Below, in pieces: positions 5,522 through 7,535 of a stretch of 7,535 bases of DNA. A program made the position numbers and the translations under genes. The DNA lies in IMG/VR virus record IMGVR_UViG_3300007790_001480, positions 1-7,535 of that record. One strand, given 5' to 3'. The first letter of the stretch is position 1; every line of letters begins with the position of its first letter. The notes below the pieces were generated by a model. That model was not told where the DNA came from and did no database searches. It saw nothing but the letters and a program-made list of their open reading frames with translations. This DNA comes from a virus.

Positions 5522-5550
5522 AGTATGTTGTCATGTTGTCATGTTGTCAA
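5522..5550 (-). promoter_or_regulatory. Sigma70-type promoter of the gV-like/coat/assembly operon, with octamer repeats in the spacer
   Basis: Minus strand reads TTGACA (5545-5550), a 17-nt spacer, then CATACT (5522-5527), 46 nt upstream of ATG 5476. The -35 and spacer are made of three TGACAACA units. Confidence 0.6.
5526..5549. repeat. Three perfect tandem octamers (TGTTGTCA on plus, TGACAACA on the coding strand); candidate operator/iterons
   Basis: tgttgtca at 5526-5533, 5534-5541 and 5542-5549. A related array lies at 7173-7193. Confidence 0.9.
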
Positions 5551-5560
5551 TACAGCATGT

Positions 5561-5573
5561 GATCAAGTTGATA
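5561..5573 (-). promoter_or_regulatory. Candidate rolling-circle nick site / double-strand origin core (coding strand TATCAACTTGATC)
   Basis: The coding strand reads CAACTTGAT (complement of 5562-5570). This matches the start of the phiX174 origin CAACTTG/ATATT and the CTTG/ATA nick core of pC194-type replicons as I recall them. It is intergenic and overlaps the palindrome atcaagttgat (5562-5572). Confidence 0.35.
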
Positions 5574-5613
5574 AACTATTTTTTCTGGTTGTTTGTAAAA
5601 GGTTGAAAATTAA

Positions 5614-5802
5614 ATGATTTCTGCATATCTTCGGATAAAGAAAAACGAAGAAAAAGCGTTAGAGTCTCTGTCACAAGAAGTGAACAGACAAAGGCTAGAT
5701 TTAAAAATGGGGGTAATGAAAGAAAGCGAGATACTGCACGAGCTTTTAAACGAAGCATTCAAGAAGGCACGTGCAGAGGACGGGAAAATTAAAATAGACT
5801 AG
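5614..5802 (+). CDS. Possible small regulator (62 aa), ribbon-helix-helix-like pattern; the only plus-strand candidate gene
   Basis: The ORF fills an otherwise gene-free 312-nt gap and encodes a K/E-rich helical protein. ISAYLRI (a possible beta strand) is followed by EEKALESLSQEV and KESEILHELLNEAFKKA, which resembles the SE-hIReAh second helix of CopG/Arc-type proteins. AAGG lies 11 nt upstream. I found no convincing plus-strand promoter. Its 3' end overlaps the rep 3' end by 14 nt. Confidence 0.35.
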   Translation: MISAYLRIKKNEEKALESLSQEVNRQRLDLKMGVMKESEILHELLNEAFKKARAEDGKIKID

Positions 5803-7087
5803 GTGTGTCTAGTACTTGGGGGACTTCATCAATAAATTTGGGTAACACTATTTCTGTATTAATGATTTCTTCAAGTACTAGAATTTCATATTCAGCTAAA
5901 GAAGAAATTAAAATTTCAGCAGATCCATTACCTAGAACACCGTTCAACTTATCATTAGTAATGCAATCCAAAAATTGAGCACGTTTTTTATATTTGCACA
6001 GAAGATGAAAGGCCATATCTTCAATAGTTGTTAAAAATTCAGCTTCATCTAGTACAGAATCGGCTATCTCATCATCTGTTAAATCTTTGATTGCAAAGGC
6101 ATGTTTTAAACCGCGAGAAAACATTAATTGTCTTGCACCTTTGAAAGCAATTGCAAATTCTTGAAATAATTTCGAAGGTAACTTATCTTCAAAAATAGAA
6201 TTATCTTGTTCAGATAGCCTAAGCAAATCAAACGGTGTAAAAGTTTCACGGCCTTTTTTTACATGGGCTTTAGTCATCTCATGTTCGATACCCCATTTTC
6301 CCACATACTGATCTGCATAAGTACCGTCTTGAAAGTCACAAGCAATAAACTTTTCAGAATCTTTTAATTTACGAATACCAACAGAAGCAAGGGAAGCTCT
6401 CCAGTGGTCTGCCATGACTTCATGAAGGGCAGTAAAATCATGAATAGATAAATATTTATCAGAAAAAACTAGGATATGGTGATGAGGATGCCAACCGTTT
6501 TGACCGTAGGTAACTTCATAATTAGTAATATGAAAACGCTTACCCAACATGTGATCAAAAATATAACGGCCTTTGCGATCAGAAAAAAATTTCTTCATCG
6601 CTTCTTTTTGCTTTTCACGCAGAGTAGACAAACGATCATTAGCATAATGCGGATTCGTTAAAGTGATTAAATATGTATAACCTTTTACGTGTTCTTCAAC
6701 AAAACGAGGAGGGCCAATAAATGTTTTTGATTGTTCTACTGGAGAGAAAAGAGTAATACCCTTTTTCCAGCGCTCATTGATTGTTGCTAACTCTAAACGT
6801 CTTTTTTCAGTAATTTTCTTTGCACAAACCGGACAGACCCAGACAGAACCACACCGAATAACATTACCGAAATGAGCCTTTTTTGTTGTTTGATTCCAGC
6901 AGACATTTCTTAATTCTGACTTATTAATTTTGCGCTTTAAGCAGTATTTCACACGGAATTTATGTTGAAGTAATTTTGATGCTTGATCTTGTAAAAGATA
7001 GTCAGAGAGCCTGTTTTGATCAATTGCGGAGTGAGATTTCGTAAGTATACCGAGAGCCGGCAAAATTTGACTTTTGTCATTTATCAT
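5789..7087 (-). CDS. rep: Rolling-circle replication initiator, HUH endonuclease superfamily (432 aa)
   Basis: AGGA lies about 10 nt upstream of ATG 7087. Three motifs occur in order: YLITLT (aa 139-144, FLTLT-like motif 1); WHPHHHILVF (aa 199-208, nt 6476-6493, the HUH motif); and YADQYVGK with Tyr257 and Tyr261 (nt 6305-6319, YxxxY motif 3). There is also an N-terminal Cys cluster, C63...C79-x5-C85-x2-C88 (RCGSVWVCPVCAKK). Confidence 0.9.
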   Translation of the reverse strand: MINDKSQILPALGILTKSHSAIDQNRLSDYLLQDQASKLLQHKFRVKYCLKRKINKSELRNVCWNQTTKKAHFGNVIRCGSVWVCPVCAKKITEKRRLELATINERWKKGITLFSPVEQSKTFIGPPRFVEEHVKGYTYLITLTNPHYANDRLSTLREKQKEAMKKFFSDRKGRYIFDHMLGKRFHITNYEVTYGQNGWHPHHHILVFSDKYLSIHDFTALHEVMADHWRASLASVGIRKLKDSEKFIACDFQDGTYADQYVGKWGIEHEMTKAHVKKGRETFTPFDLLRLSEQDNSIFEDKLPSKLFQEFAIAFKGARQLMFSRGLKHAFAIKDLTDDEIADSVLDEAEFLTTIEDMAFHLLCKYKKRAQFLDCITNDKLNGVLGNGSAEILISSLAEYEILVLEEIINTEIVLPKFIDEVPQVLDTPSLF

Positions 7088-7128
7088 TTAAAATAAATCC
7101 TGTGTTCACCGTACACGAAATTCGAAGA

Positions 7129-7154
7129 AGCCCGGGTTGCAGCCTGGGCTTTTT
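7129..7154 (+). terminator. GC-rich stem-loop plus T5: terminator-like when read on the plus strand, and a 5'-leader hairpin of the rep mRNA when read on the minus strand
   Basis: agcccggg (7129-7136), loop ttgcag, cctgggct (7143-7150), then ttttt (7150-7154). On the plus strand all 8 positions pair (one G-U) and a U-run follows. On the minus strand there is one A-C mismatch and the tail is UUCUUCGAAUUU. It lies between the rep -10 (7166-7171) and ATG 7087. Confidence 0.4.
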
Positions 7155-7165
7155 CACGTCTTAAA

Positions 7166-7194
7166 ATTGTATTGTTGTCATGTTGTCATGTCAA
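7166..7194 (-). promoter_or_regulatory. Near-consensus sigma70-type promoter of rep, with octamer repeats in the spacer
   Basis: Minus strand reads TTGACA (7189-7194), a 17-nt spacer TGACAACATGACAACAA, then TACAAT (7166-7171). This is about 79 nt upstream of ATG 7087. Confidence 0.7.
7173..7193. repeat. Octamer array, second copy: two full TGTTGTCA units plus a truncated TGTCA
   Basis: tgttgtca at 7173-7180 and 7181-7188, then tgtca at 7189-7193. The flanks (aaaattgta / aaactatt) also match the flanks of the 5526-5549 array (acaattagta / aaactatt). Confidence 0.9.
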
Positions 7195-7367
7195 ACTATT
7201 ACAAAAATATAATATAAACGAAAAAAATAAGATCGAGTAAAAAAGGTACTTTAAAAAATTGTATAAAGAAAACGAAGCAAAAAACCTGCAACGAGTAACA
7301 TTATAAAAAACCTAAAACACCAATTAATAAAACCCTTAAAATCCATGAAAAGCGAATGCCTATTTTG

Positions 7368-7535
7368 CTAAATAAGCGTAACTATACCCTGATAAATCTG
7401 AATATCTTTGTTAAGTCTACGGATAGATCGGACAGCCTTAGCACGATCTTCAAACGTCCAGAGATTATTTTCACCAGAAAAAATTTGAGACAATTCTTCA
7501 TCTGTAATTTGAGAACAAATCACAGCAGTAAAACA
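7368..7535 (-). CDS. Same 87-aa wrap-around ORF, C-terminal part (partial at the window edge; 7445-7535 duplicates 1-91)
   Basis: Hand translation of the minus strand from 7535 downward stays in frame with the 1-187 segment and stops at TAG (7370-7368). Confidence 0.5.
   Translation of the reverse strand, partial: CFTAVICSQITDEELSQIFSGENNLWTFEDRAKAVRSIRRLNKDIQIYQGIVTLI
7445..7535. repeat. Terminal direct repeat, copy 2 (identical to 1-91)
   Basis: Same comparison as copy 1. The repeat runs exactly to the window end, so its true extent is not bounded by the data. Confidence 0.95.

Noticed and set aside
5526-5549. Tandem repeats (also 479-509 and 7173-7193) considered as a CRISPR or mini-array
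   Set aside because: The units are 8-11 nt and directly abutting with no spacers, and they lie within promoters. They are iterons/operators, not CRISPR.
5576-5758. 60-aa minus-strand ORF in the rep/gV-like gap
   Set aside because: It is on the same strand as the other genes. However, the sequence upstream of its ATG is CCTCTGCACGTGCC (anti-SD-like), and the product is an L/F/S-rich string typical of the reverse frame of a K/E-rich gene. I prefer the overlapping plus-strand ORF, though neither is proven.
6122-6124. In-frame internal Met322 of rep with an upstream AAAGGTG, considered as a gX-like internal start
   Set aside because: The SD-like spacing is about 11 nt and the idea rests only on analogy with Ff gII/gX. 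There is no independent sequence support.
6476-6661. 61-aa plus-strand ORF from the ORF track
   Set aside because: It is antisense within rep, and its start is simply the complement of the HUH codons (CATCCTCATCACCAT). There are no expression signals.
7195-7367. A-tract-rich non-coding region upstream of the rep promoter, considered as phased bent DNA or an origin
   Set aside because: Spacing between A-runs is irregular (roughly 8-26 nt by hand) and not a clean 10-11 nt phase. I note it as A/T-rich intergenic DNA that could hold an origin or UP-like elements, but no specific claim is supportable by eye.

Overview
The window is one complete, self-closing filamentous-phage-like (Inoviridae-type) replicon. 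nt 1-91 are identical to nt 7445-7535, so the unit length is 7444 nt. The window overruns a circle (or a tandem copy) by 91 nt, and one ORF stays open across that junction. Every well-supported gene is on the minus strand, tightly packed, in the classic inovirus order. That order is: HUH rolling-circle Rep (7087-5789); a gV-like small protein; an unexpected stand-alone 127-aa Zot-family P-loop ATPase; a 62-aa membrane protein; the major coat precursor; an intrinsic terminator; a pIII-like adsorption protein; a pVI/Ace-like protein; and the pI/Zot assembly ATPase, which carries a large insertion. It continues with a 108-aa membrane-anchored protein; a 328-nt non-coding region with a GC-rich hairpin; an extremely AT-rich two-gene cassette (88-aa polytopic membrane protein plus an 87-aa wrap-around ORF); an A/T-rich non-coding region; and the rep promoter. 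Two near-consensus sigma70-type promoters (rep and the structural operon) share a duplicated module in which TGACAACA octamer repeats fill the -35/-10 spacer. The only plus-strand candidate gene is a small, possibly RHH-like regulator. I see no integrase, transposase, secretin, tRNA, rRNA or CRISPR. Functional calls rest on motifs read directly in the translations and on remembered family signatures; no database search was possible.
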